DNA of 49,703 nt from an archaeon (GTDB lineage: Archaea > Thermoproteota > Nitrososphaeria > Conexivisphaerales > DTJL01): NCBI GenBank assembly GCA_021811935.1, contig JAKAPW010000001.1:1-49703 (forward strand), written 5' to 3'. Under the pieces are notes generated by a model. The model did not search any database, had not been told where the DNA came from, and saw only the letters and a list, made by a program, of their open reading frames with translations. Both the position numbers and the translations under genes were made by a program. Every line of letters starts with the position of its first letter. Positions within the stretch are counted from its first letter, which is position 1. Positions 17,264-26,231 of this stretch are shown here, in pieces.

Positions 17264-17269
17264 TTTATA
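17264..17269 (+). promoter_or_regulatory. TATA box (TTTATA) for tRNA-Leu
   Basis: 26 nt upstream of the mature tRNA 5' end, with a purine-rich BRE-like GAAAACAG just upstream. Confidence 0.45.
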
Positions 17270-17295
17270 CGCACCACATCCGTCGCCCAAGTCGT

Positions 17296-17380
17296 GCGGG
17301 GGTCGCCCAGCTAGGTCAAAGGCGTAGGCCTGAGGCGCCTATCCCGTAGGGGTTCGTGGGTTCGAATCCCACCCCCCGCA
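17296..17380 (+). tRNA. tRNA-Leu (anticodon GAG), class II
   Basis: Acceptor GCGGGGG/CCCCCGC, anticodon stem UAGGC/GCCUA with loop CUGAGGC, long variable arm, T arm GUGGG-UUCGAAU-CCCAC, discriminator A. No encoded CCA. Confidence 0.9.
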
Positions 17381-17554
17381 TCTCAGTTTCACTTGGCCGC
17401 CGAATGGCCTGGACTTCGCGACTGACCCGTGCTTCGACGAATGTCTAGGCGCCGACATACGACTCATAGCAGAACCACTAACGCGCTGATCACGAATGCG
17501 GTTTCGAAGCTCCCAGCTACATCTCTTGTTGCATCCATCTGATGTTCTGGTGTG

Positions 17555-17560
17555 AAAAAA
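17555..17560 (-). terminator. oligo-T tract (T6 on the minus strand), candidate archaeal terminator
   Basis: About 70 nt downstream of the stop of the 108-aa gene. It is the only long T-run in that spacer. Confidence 0.3.
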
Positions 17561-17627
17561 CGAACTACCGGACGCGATTCACGAGGAACCGACCTCACCA
17601 ATCTCTGATACCGGGGGCCACTATGTC

Positions 17628-17954
17628 TCAGCCAGGCGAAGGCAGGAGGTTCATCATGTACCTGTTGATGCAATCCACGTCGTTGTCCACCCTTTCGATG
17701 GCCATCTCCCTGAACTTGAGGAAGATGTTCTCCAGCGACTCCTTTTCGAGCTGGCTGGCCAGCGAAGGGTTGGATAGGAGGGAGGCCCAGCCTATGTTGC
17801 TCTGTTTCATGAAATCTATGCATCGCATTATGCCGCTCACGTAGTCCAGCCTGTCCTTCGGCTCGGCCCTCTGCAGGTCATCCTTCAGAGCCAAGATGGA
17901 ATCCCTTATCTGAAGTATGTTCTTGTTCCAGCTGCTCATGCTGTCGCCGTTCAC
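17628..17954 (-). CDS. hypothetical small alpha-helical protein (108 aa)
   Basis: Clean ORF with protein-like composition, 58 nt downstream of the Cys-rich gene. Visibly lower GC than its neighbours. Family not recognised. Confidence 0.7.
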   Translation of the reverse strand: MNGDSMSSWNKNILQIRDSILALKDDLQRAEPKDRLDYVSGIMRCIDFMKQSNIGWASLLSNPSLASQLEKESLENIFLKFREMAIERVDNDVDCINRYMMNLLPSPG

Positions 17955-18012
17955 CTATTGGTCACTTATAAGACGTGCGCACGAGCGACTTCTATGGGCC
18001 CGCCGGCGCCGC

Positions 18013-18744
18013 TCAACCGTCGAGCCTTCCCACGAATCTGGACGCGGCCCTGCTCCATGCCGTCTGCTCTTCTCCCTTTGGCTCGTCCGAGCGCCTGTAG
18101 TCGCTCTTTCTGAAGAACTCCTCTATGCTGGCGCCCAGCTCCTCCAGCCTCGCGATTTGCAAGTCGACCAAGACGGATATCCGCCTCGCATACGCGGGCT
18201 CGCAGAACCGGTCCAGCATGAGGAAGAAGTGCCTCATGCAGAGGCCGGAGGACTTCTCGTATATCGACCTGCCCTTCTCTTCGCTCACCGCCTCGAGTAG
18301 CTCCGATATGCAGTCGTGAGCCGTCTGCTCCTCATGTTCGCAGAAGACGCAGGCGCCGGTGGGTGCCACGGCATCGACCGTCTTCCTCATCCTCCCTCTT
18401 GCCATGCGCCTGTTGACATAGTGCGGGGCCCGCCGCCGGAGGCTCCCCGCCAACCGCTTGAGCCCCGGAAGCTGGTTCCTGATTATCCATCCATAGATGG
18501 CCGACTTCTGCCACACCGGGCCTGCGCTGGCCATCATCGCCGTGTGCCGGATGCAGAACCCCCAGTTTCTTACATACTGGCCGACGGCCGAGCCCTCCGC
18601 GTAGGACTGGTTGAAGAACCAGAAGCTGTACCTGCTCAAACCCTGGACGCACGCGTTGCAGGCCGGGCAGCCGTCCTGCGCTATGAGCGATTCTATCTCC
18701 GCGCTGTCCCCGATGCCCCGCCTTCCCGCCATGCCCTTCTTCAA
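18013..18744 (-). CDS. hypothetical Cys/His-rich protein with an internally duplicated CxxC...GxCxRH module
   Basis: Module 1 is C26-x2-C29-x2-C32...G-F-C64-I-R-H67. Module 2 is C132-x2-C135...C145...G-L-C169-M-R-H172. High GC3. TTG start. Confidence 0.75.
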   Translation of the reverse strand: MKKGMAGRRGIGDSAEIESLIAQDGCPACNACVQGLSRYSFWFFNQSYAEGSAVGQYVRNWGFCIRHTAMMASAGPVWQKSAIYGWIIRNQLPGLKRLAGSLRRRAPHYVNRRMARGRMRKTVDAVAPTGACVFCEHEEQTAHDCISELLEAVSEEKGRSIYEKSSGLCMRHFFLMLDRFCEPAYARRISVLVDLQIARLEELGASIEEFFRKSDYRRSDEPKGEEQTAWSRAASRFVGRLDG

Positions 18745-18843
18745 CGGCCAGCTGGCCGTTTTTCACCCGTTCATGATTAATTAGGATAGCGGCGTCCGTA
18801 GAAAAAGGATAAAAACTCGGTTCTGCATGAACCGCATGGCTGC

Positions 18844-19653
18844 ATGTACAAGATACAAGTCGATCATCTATCCAAGTCGTTCAACTCCATCAAGAAGAAG
18901 GGCGTCGGACGACAGGTGGTTTCGACCATGGCCGCCATCGACGACGTGACCTTCGGCGTCGAAGCGACGGAATTCCTTTCGATAGTAGGACCGAGCGGAT
19001 GCGGAAAGACCACCCTCCTCAGGATGGTCGCCGGGCTGGAGAAGCCGGACAGGGGGGAGGTCAGGATAGACGGCGAAAGGATAAGCGGCCCGTCCCCCAA
19101 ACTCTGCATGGTCTTCCAGGACATATTGCTGCTTCCCTGGAAGACGGTCAGGGCCAACATCGAGCTCGGACTCCGATACAGGAACCATTCCAACGACATC
19201 GCGGCGGCGGTGGACAGGTACATAGACCTGGTCGGGCTCAAGGGGTTCGAGTCGTACTATCCCCACCAGCTTTCGGGGGGGATGCAACAAAGGGTGGGAC
19301 TGGCGCGGGCCCTTGCCGTCGAGCCGGAGGTGCTGCTGATGGACGAGCCGTTCGGGTCCCTTGACGCGCAGACAAGGTACATAATGCAGAGAGAGCTGGC
19401 CGCGATACACTCTAAGCTCCGAAGGACGATCGTGTTCGTCACGCACGACCTGGAGGAGGCAATACTCCTGTCGGACAAGATATTGATGCTGACGGGCAGG
19501 CCCTCCAGGATCAAGGAGATGATCCAGGTAAGGCTCAGGCGCCCCAGGGACCTATACGACGTCAAGTCGAGCTCCGTCTTCGCAGAGTTGAGGAAGAAGC
19601 TGTGGAACAGTCTGGAAGAGGAGATATTGAAGGTCAAGGCGGTGGGCGGCTAG
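18844..19653 (+). CDS. ABC transporter ATP-binding protein, NitT/TauT (SsuB/TauB-like) family
   Basis: Walker [10 protein letters not shown], signature [15 protein letters not shown], Walker B LLMDEP. Confidence 0.9.
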   Translation: MYKIQVDHLSKSFNSIKKKGVGRQVVSTMAAIDDVTFGVEATEFLSIVGPSGCGKTTLLRMVAGLEKPDRGEVRIDGERISGPSPKLCMVFQDILLLPWKTVRANIELGLRYRNHSNDIAAAVDRYIDLVGLKGFESYYPHQLSGGMQQRVGLARALAVEPEVLLMDEPFGSLDAQTRYIMQRELAAIHSKLRRTIVFVTHDLEEAILLSDKILMLTGRPSRIKEMIQVRLRRPRDLYDVKSSSVFAELRKKLWNSLEEEILKVKAVGG

Positions 19654-20409
19654 ATGGCTGGCATGGCCAGGGAGCCTGTGGTCCTCTACATAATATCGGT
19701 GGTGGTCTTCCTTGCCGTTTGGCAGGCGGTCAGCATGAGCACCACTCCGCTCTTCCTCCCCTCTCCGGGGGAAGTGGCCGCCGCGGTGCCCTCTCTGGTC
19801 GGGTCGGGGGCGCTCACCGACGCCACGCTCTCAACACTGTACGTCTTCTTGGCGGGACTGGCCCTGGGGGTCGCGGCCGGGGTCCCGCTCGGAATAGTCC
19901 TGGGCAGGTTCCAGGTGCTGAACGGCGTGACCTACATCCCCGTCACCACGTTTTATTCGATGCCCTTCGTCGCGTTGATACCACTGCTCGTCATCTGGAC
20001 CGGGTTGGGCGTGGAGACCAAGGCGATAATCGTGTTCATCGCCTCCGTCTTCCCGATATTGATCAACACCCAGGCTGGGATACAGCAGACCAACCACCGC
20101 CTTCTGGAGATGGCCACGTCGTTCGGGGCCACGGAACAGCAGAAGCTGATGGACATCTCCATCCCGTTCTCCGTGCCGTACATCATGTCGGGGATAAGAA
20201 TCGCGGTGGGCAGGGCCATAGTGGCGGCCATAGTGGCGGAGTTGACCACTTCGATAAGCGGTCTCGGAGGGCTCCTGTCGTATTACGGCAACGAATTCGC
20301 GACGGCGAAGATGATGGTCCCCTTGGTCATGGTGGCCTTCATCAGCCTTGCGCTCACGTACGCGGTCAAGAAGATGGAGGAGAGGCTGGGCCGTTGGAGG
20401 CTGACCTAG
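19654..20409 (+). CDS. ABC transporter permease, NitT/TauT (SsuC/TauC-like) family
   Basis: Starts the base after the ATPase stop. Six-TM BPD_transp_1-like profile. Confidence 0.9.
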   Translation: MAGMAREPVVLYIISVVVFLAVWQAVSMSTTPLFLPSPGEVAAAVPSLVGSGALTDATLSTLYVFLAGLALGVAAGVPLGIVLGRFQVLNGVTYIPVTTFYSMPFVALIPLLVIWTGLGVETKAIIVFIASVFPILINTQAGIQQTNHRLLEMATSFGATEQQKLMDISIPFSVPYIMSGIRIAVGRAIVAAIVAELTTSISGLGGLLSYYGNEFATAKMMVPLVMVAFISLALTYAVKKMEERLGRWRLT

Positions 20410-20427
20410 TTCCGACGCGGTTCGGCG

Positions 20428-21522
20428 CTAGGATCTCCAGTCGGGGACGTCCTGTGGCGTGTTTATCACGCCCAGCTGGTTCAGCGCCTGGTTAACGAAG
20501 GTCGTGTCCATGATGTTGGGCGCGGCCGCTATCAATGGCGAATTCTGTGCGGACGGGTTTATCACCGTCTTGTAGAAGTCCAGGGAGTGGTTCAGCTTGA
20601 CGTAGTTTATCCCGCCGTTCACGCCCCAGTTTCCGTCGGCCTGCAGATAGGTCCAGATGTCACTGACCTGGCTGCTGTTATAGTAGCCCGGCAGCTCCTT
20701 CTGCACGACATAGGCGAAGGCGCTTTCGTTGCTGTTCATTATCCTGGAGGCCTGGATTATTGATTTGACTGCGGCCGCGACCACCGTCGGGTTCTGCTGG
20801 ACGAAGGCCCGCGTGAAGGTCAGGAAGGTGGTGGGGAACCACGGCATGAACTGCGAGACGTCGGGGACCAGTATGTTCAGCTGCGGGTATTCCTTCACCA
20901 CGGGGAGCTGGTCGGCCGTTATGAAGGCGGCGTCTATCTTCCCTGCGACGAGCGCCTTGAGCCTGCTCGCGGGGGAGCCGGCGGTGACCCAGTGGACGCC
21001 GCTGAGGCTTACGTTATAGTGGCTCAGCGTCCCCTCCAGGGCTATCTGGTCTCCCGCGCTCTGGCTGGATATTCCCAGCGTGGCGTTGGCCAGCTGGCTC
21101 ACGGAAGTGAACGCCGAGGTGGCCACCACCATGCCGGGCTGCACGGGCTCCGGCACCATGACGTTCACTATGGAAGCGTTGTTGAGGATCGCTCCCATGT
21201 CAAAGGCAAAACCTGGTTCCACGGCGGTCGTCTTTCCTGCTATCATGGATTGCAGCAGGACGGCCCCTCCTCCGGGAACGTTTTCCACTGTGACGTTCAG
21301 GCCGTTCTGGGCGAATATGCCCAGGTCCTTGGCGGCTTCGATGTTGATGGCCTGAGGCGGGACCGGATTGAATACCACCCCTATGATGAGCGACGTGGGT
21401 TTCGGCTTGGGAGAGAGATACTGCGAGGCGACCACTCCGAGGCCGCCCACGACCACCACGGCGACTATTATGAGCGCGATCGTCTTCGTGGCTATCGCCC
21501 TTCTTGTGTTCGGCCCCGTCAA
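20428..21522 (-). CDS. ABC substrate-binding protein, NMT1/SsuA/TauA/ThiY-like, membrane-anchored
   Basis: N-terminal TM anchor (IALIIVAVVVVGGLGVV) followed by a periplasmic-binding-protein-like domain. Convergent with the permease. TTG start 27 nt from CTTATAAATTT. Confidence 0.85.
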   Translation of the reverse strand: MTGPNTRRAIATKTIALIIVAVVVVGGLGVVASQYLSPKPKPTSLIIGVVFNPVPPQAINIEAAKDLGIFAQNGLNVTVENVPGGGAVLLQSMIAGKTTAVEPGFAFDMGAILNNASIVNVMVPEPVQPGMVVATSAFTSVSQLANATLGISSQSAGDQIALEGTLSHYNVSLSGVHWVTAGSPASRLKALVAGKIDAAFITADQLPVVKEYPQLNILVPDVSQFMPWFPTTFLTFTRAFVQQNPTVVAAAVKSIIQASRIMNSNESAFAYVVQKELPGYYNSSQVSDIWTYLQADGNWGVNGGINYVKLNHSLDFYKTVINPSAQNSPLIAAAPNIMDTTFVNQALNQLGVINTPQDVPDWRS

Positions 21523-21607
21523 TTTCGTTCCGTCATGCTACACCTCCCTTATAAATTTACGAGCGAACTTCGAAACGTTTTTCTAAGAAACGTCGGAGGA
21601 ATCGCAC

Positions 21608-22324
21608 ATGGTCGACATCCAGGCGGTAAAACGAAAACTGGCGATGGCCAACAGGATGATAGTCAACGAGGGCCTTACGGAGCTCGGGCGCGGCCACATG
21701 GCCTACCACCTGGGCGAGGGGAAGATACTGATCCCGGCCCACCTGCACGACTACGGCAGGACAATAGCCGACTGCACGGAATCCGACATCGTGACGATAG
21801 ACTTCGACGGCAAGGTGCTGGAAGGGGGGTACGACGAACCCATGAACGAATTCTACTTCTATACCGAAGTCTTCTCCGCCCGGAAGGAGGTCAGGGCGGC
21901 CGCACACATGCACCCCTTCCACGCTAACCTGCTGGCCATGAGTGGCAAGGGGCTGACAATGACGTCCAGGGACTCCTTCCTTTTCGTAGACGGGGTCCCA
22001 ATCTACTCGGGACTCCCCCTGTATGTCTCCAGCAGGGAGATGGGCGGGGCACTGGTCAGGGAGCTGGGGAAGAGGCGTGCCATACTGCACAGGGGGCACG
22101 GCGCGTTCGTGGCCGGGGAGAGCATCGAAGAGACGATATCGACCGCGGCTTCGCTGGAAAGGGCCGCGAAGAAACAGCTCTACGCGTCCGTCATGGGGAC
22201 GCCGCTGGGCTATGACGGGTCGGAGGTCAGGAAGACTTACAGCAAGGAACTGTACGACGACCTGGTGGCCACCGACTGGCGCTACTTCGTCGCCAGGCTC
22301 GAGAAGACCGGGACCATAGTCTGA
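21608..22324 (+). CDS. class II aldolase / adducin-family protein (fuculose-phosphate aldolase / ribulose-5-P epimerase-like)
   Basis: GHMAYHL, EFYFYTEVF, AAAHMHPFHA, LHRGHGAFVAGESIEE. Confidence 0.85.
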   Translation: MVDIQAVKRKLAMANRMIVNEGLTELGRGHMAYHLGEGKILIPAHLHDYGRTIADCTESDIVTIDFDGKVLEGGYDEPMNEFYFYTEVFSARKEVRAAAHMHPFHANLLAMSGKGLTMTSRDSFLFVDGVPIYSGLPLYVSSREMGGALVRELGKRRAILHRGHGAFVAGESIEETISTAASLERAAKKQLYASVMGTPLGYDGSEVRKTYSKELYDDLVATDWRYFVARLEKTGTIV

Positions 22325-22330
22325 CGGTCG

Positions 22331-23608
22331 TCACAGCGGAGTTATCTTGGTGCCCTTGGTCTCCTTGAGCCCCAGGGCCGCCAGCGTCATCACCACCGCG
22401 CCTATCATGGCGCCGACCGCCATCGCGACCCCGAGGCCGCCGAACCCTACGCTCAGGGGGACGAAGATCGCGGCCAGGCCGGAGCCGAGTATCCTCCCCA
22501 CCATGAACAGGAAGTTGGACGCGGTCGACCGCATCTTCGTGGGGAAGAGCTCGCCGAGCCATGTCGGCCAGTTCCCGTTGAACCCCTGGGCGAAATACTG
22601 GGCCACGGATGCATAGAAGAGCGGATATGCGAAGATGGATACGAAACTCGCCCGTTGAACCACGGTGTAGTAGAAGGTGGCAGTGGTGAGGATTCCTATT
22701 ATGCCGAACAGGACCGCCCCTGCCTTCCTGCCCACCCTGTCGGCCAGGAAGCCGTTGAGTATCTGCCCCGCCATCCCGGCGACCGCTCCGAAGACGATCA
22801 TCGTGGTAATTGCCAGGGGAGGGACCTTGGCGGCCAAGAATAACGCGGTGCTGAACACTATGAACGACGAACTGAAGAACAGATACGCCGAGGCCATGAG
22901 GGTGCCAAAGAAGGTCCACCGCCTGACGTCCTTGGAAAATATCTGCACGAAGGACTGGCGGGTGTCATAGCCGGGAGGCAGCTCCCCCTTTGCCTTGCGC
23001 TCCCGGTAGCCGAGCCAGACCTTGGACTCGGGCATCAGGAACCTGAGGAGCAGGAGGAGCAGGGAGATCGCCCCGGAGATGACGAAGGCTATCCTCCAGC
23101 CGGTCATCGTCCCGTACTGCGCAAGGGAATATCCCGCCACGAATATTCCTATGAGTTGCCCGGCGAAGAACATGCTCTGCAGGAGGCCGCCGGCGGTCCC
23201 CCTGGCCTTCTCTGACCATGCCTCGTTCACCATGGACGACCCTATCCCCCACTCCCCACCGAGCCCCAACCCGGTGAGGAACCGCAGCAGCCAGAGCTGC
23301 CATATGGAATCCACGAACCCGGTGAGGACGGTGAATGAGCCATACACGAGCACCGTAAAGATTAGCATGTTCCTGCGGCCGAGGGAATCGGCCATCCAGC
23401 CGAACAGGATCCCTCCGATCACCGAACCTATGTTCACCAGCGTGACCGTGAACGATATCGTGGCTATGTTCGTGTGGAAGTACAGTACCAGCGGGAGGAG
23501 GACGTAGCTTATTATGAGGAAGTCCGTTCCATCGAACATGAAACCGACGAGGGCGCCTGCGTATGTCCTGACCTTTTCGGACGGAGAATAGCCGATCTCC
23601 GATGTCAA
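22331..23608 (-). CDS. MFS transporter
   Basis: FMFDGTDFLIISYVL, ADSLGRRN, PESKVW, DRVGRK, ELFPTKMRS. Start set at in-frame TTG 23608 (MTSEIGYSPSEKVRTYAG), 23 nt from a TATA box. The track ORF runs to 23899 across a plus-strand MFS remnant. Confidence 0.8.
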   Translation of the reverse strand: MTSEIGYSPSEKVRTYAGALVGFMFDGTDFLIISYVLLPLVLYFHTNIATISFTVTLVNIGSVIGGILFGWMADSLGRRNMLIFTVLVYGSFTVLTGFVDSIWQLWLLRFLTGLGLGGEWGIGSSMVNEAWSEKARGTAGGLLQSMFFAGQLIGIFVAGYSLAQYGTMTGWRIAFVISGAISLLLLLLRFLMPESKVWLGYRERKAKGELPPGYDTRQSFVQIFSKDVRRWTFFGTLMASAYLFFSSSFIVFSTALFLAAKVPPLAITTMIVFGAVAGMAGQILNGFLADRVGRKAGAVLFGIIGILTTATFYYTVVQRASFVSIFAYPLFYASVAQYFAQGFNGNWPTWLGELFPTKMRSTASNFLFMVGRILGSGLAAIFVPLSVGFGGLGVAMAVGAMIGAVVMTLAALGLKETKGTKITPL

Positions 23609-23631
23609 ACGGACGCCGGTCGCTCTGCAGT

Positions 23632-23639
23632 GTATATAT
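23632..23639 (-). promoter_or_regulatory. TATA box (ATATATAC on the minus strand)
   Basis: AT-rich octamer 23 nt upstream of TTG 23608. Confidence 0.4.
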
Positions 23640-23749
23640 GCGTTCGTTTCGGTGAAAGGACACCGGTCGGCCCGTTTGGAAATATATATCGTATGAAGGG
23701 ATGCGGATGTGCATTTGGAGGGACCCGCGCCGACCACGTCGGAGATAGC

Positions 23750-24328
23750 GAAGGTCACGTTCGCCGCGGGTTTTGGCACATGGCCGAAGATATTCTTCCC
23801 CGGCAGCGCTTCCCCGTTTTTTGCGTTCGCCCTTTCCACGAAGGGGGTGCCGCTGAGCTTCATCTCCGGCGCGGTGAGCCTTGCCAACATAGTGGCCATA
23901 GCAGGATTCCTGGCCGGGCCCTATTTCTCTGAAAGGCTCGGCAGGAGACGCCATCTTGTGATATGCATAGCATGGTCGGAGTCGTAGCGTTCTTCCCCCT
24001 GATGGACACCCTGAACCAGTCCATGATAATCCCGGGGCTCATCCTCTTGGAGGCGGAAGTCGGCTTGGGCAACTCTGCCATGGAGGCGCTGCTCGGTGAA
24101 TCCTTCCCCATCAGGTACAGGTACTCGGGCAGCGGCCTGTCCTACCAAACAGGGATCGGGTTGATCAACGGCCTTCTGGTTGCCGCTATAACGCCGCTGG
24201 CTGTGCTTTACGCCGGGACGACTGGGGCGGCGCCTTTCATAGTAGGAAGCGTAATCGTGATGCTCGTGCTCTCCCTCGTATTCATAACGATGATAAGGGA
24301 GAGCAAGAAGGAGGACCTCGCGGAGTAG
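23750..24328 (+). pseudogene. remnant of an MFS (metabolite:H+ symporter-like) gene: C-terminal half only, with a frameshift
   Basis: Frame 1 (23709..23987) reads ...FLAGPYFSERLGRRRHLVICIA then a stop. Frame 2 (to 24328) continues VGVVAFFPLMD...LLGESFPIRYRYSGSGLSYQ...TM11-12. No TM1-6 are encoded upstream on this strand. The 5' boundary is approximate. Confidence 0.6.
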
Positions 24329-24458
24329 CCGACTTGGCCTGATATCCGATTCCAGGGTCATAGACGTTCAAAACCACATATTTCCGAAGTCGTGTATCAG
24401 GCTCATCCAAGAGGAGAGCAAGGAGATCAGCCTCGAGCCTGGCCCGAGCGGCGAGCTC

Positions 24459-25367
24459 ATGATGTACGACAGGACCACGGACGAAAACTTCAACCCCCTC
24501 CCGGCCAGGCTGTACGCGGAACCCGAGCAACGGATTAAGGAGATGGACAGATACGGCATCGATGTCCAGGTCCTCTCCTTTCCCAACCCGGGCGCCGACA
24601 GGTTCGGGAAGCAACTGTCCGTGAAACTGTGCAGACTGCTCAACGAGGAGATATCCGGCATGGCAGAGAAACACCCCGACAGCTTCACGGGGTTCGCCAG
24701 TGTGCCTTTCTGCAGCCCCGTGGACGCGGTGGACGAAATCAGGCGGGCGGTGAGGGACCTGGGGCTGCGGGGGGTCATGACGTACAACAACATCAACGGA
24801 GAGTACTTGGACTCGGAGAGGTTCGTCCCGATATTCGAGGCGGCCAGTTCCCTCGGGGTGCCGGTCTACGTCCATCCCAGCATCCCCCCGACGGCCAAGG
24901 TCACGGGTACCGAGCACAACCTGAACATGCTGTTCGGTTGGCCCTTCGATACGAGCATATCGATGACCAGGGTCGCCTACAGCGGCCTACTGGACAGGCT
25001 CCCCGGCCTGAAGATGATCTTCAGCCATGCCGGCGGGATGGTCTCCTTCTTCAGCAGCAGAATCAGCACGCTCCACGAAGCGCACACGTCGGAACTGACT
25101 GGGGAGAAGTTCGACAGGTCGCCGGTGGAGAATCTCAAGAAGATGTATGTGGACCTTGCGGTTTACGGCTACGCGCCCGCCATAAAGTGCACCTTGGACT
25201 ACTTCTCGGTCGGCAACTGCCTGTTCGCCTCGGACTACCCATTCGGGCCGAAGGGCGGGCTTGGTCTGGTGGAGCTGGCCACGGAGACGATGAGCTCCAT
25301 AGACATCCCGCCCGACGACAAGAGGAGGATATTTTCGGACAACGCGGGTGTCCTTCTGAAGCTCTGA
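24459..25367 (+). CDS. amidohydrolase_2 (ACMSD/decarboxylase-like) family protein; true 5' end probably upstream of 24459
   Basis: FGWPFDTS, FSHAGG, ASDYPF. The in-frame upstream sequence encodes VIDVQNHIFPKS (the family's N-terminal metal motif) with no ATG/GTG/TTG before it. See findings. Confidence 0.8.
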   Translation: MMYDRTTDENFNPLPARLYAEPEQRIKEMDRYGIDVQVLSFPNPGADRFGKQLSVKLCRLLNEEISGMAEKHPDSFTGFASVPFCSPVDAVDEIRRAVRDLGLRGVMTYNNINGEYLDSERFVPIFEAASSLGVPVYVHPSIPPTAKVTGTEHNLNMLFGWPFDTSISMTRVAYSGLLDRLPGLKMIFSHAGGMVSFFSSRISTLHEAHTSELTGEKFDRSPVENLKKMYVDLAVYGYAPAIKCTLDYFSVGNCLFASDYPFGPKGGLGLVELATETMSSIDIPPDDKRRIFSDNAGVLLKL

Positions 25368-25372
25368 CGAAG

Positions 25373-26008
25373 TCAGTCCAGGTTCCTTATGTTTCCCGTC
25401 TTTGCCAGGGCTTTGGGTATCAGGCGCAGGTCCTTTTCCGTGATGGATATGTCCGCTTGGTCCACCACCACCTTCTGGGCGTTGAAGGCGACCCTGTAGT
25501 TGACCAGGCTGAACAGGTCCAAGTCGTTTGCTCCGTCCACCACGGCCACCTTGGTCTGCCCCCTGAGCATGCTCCCGAAGGCGTTCCTGAGTATCTGCTT
25601 CTTGTTGGCGTTGACGAGCAGCGCGTACCCAACCAGCATCCCTTTGTGGAAGACCAACTCGTTGGAAAACGCGTAGTCGAGCCCCAGCTCCTGCCTGACC
25701 CTGTCGGTCAGCAGAGAGAAGCCACCGGAGACGCCGACGAGCGTGCAGTCGGTCTTCCTGAATTGGGATATCATCTCCTTGGCTCCGTTCATCAGCGGGA
25801 GCCTCTCCGCGACGGACACGCACTGCTCGTACGTCGTCCCCTCGACCAGTCGTATCCTCCTCTCCAGCCCCTCGCTCCAGTTTATCTCTCCCTTGATTCC
25901 TTTGTCCGTGATGTCGGCGACCTCGCCGTCCCTGTCGACCAGCTTGGCCAATTCTGGCAGGAACTCGCCGTCCACCAGCACGCCTTCCACATCGAATATC
26001 ACTATCAA
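25373..26008 (-). CDS. HAD-IB phosphoserine-phosphatase-like hydrolase
   Basis: IFDVEGVLVDGEFLPELA (motif I), GVSGGF (motif II), DGANDLDLF (motif IV). Start set at TTG 26008, giving 211 aa; GTG 26002 is an alternative and the track ORF starts at 26137. Confidence 0.75.
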   Translation of the reverse strand: MIVIFDVEGVLVDGEFLPELAKLVDRDGEVADITDKGIKGEINWSEGLERRIRLVEGTTYEQCVSVAERLPLMNGAKEMISQFRKTDCTLVGVSGGFSLLTDRVRQELGLDYAFSNELVFHKGMLVGYALLVNANKKQILRNAFGSMLRGQTKVAVVDGANDLDLFSLVNYRVAFNAQKVVVDQADISITEKDLRLIPKALAKTGNIRNLD

Positions 26009-26231
26009 CGTCTGTCTTCCGGAACGGCGGCTGGTTAAGCGAAGGGCTATTAAAGGTGATGATTCGTCGGAGACTACAAGACGCCACATCATACAGGCGG
26101 GCTCCGGCGGCCCCCCAAGAGGGTCCTCCTGCTCCACGATGGTGCGGACGGCTTCCCGTCGGGCCCATCGTCACGATTCGGGCGGGCGACGACTATATAT
26201 CCCGACCGCGGGCACCCCGTGGGGAACAGGA

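Noticed and set aside
17381-18800. An integrated element at tRNA-Leu.
   Set aside because: GC is lower and the genes are orphans. I found no integrase, no direct repeat of the tRNA 3' end and no other mobile-element genes, so only compositional oddity remains.
23609-23899. A 97-codon N-terminal extension of the minus-strand MFS.
   Set aside because: It reads antisense through the plus-strand MFS remnant and across an AT-rich promoter. TM1 begins just after TTG 23608.
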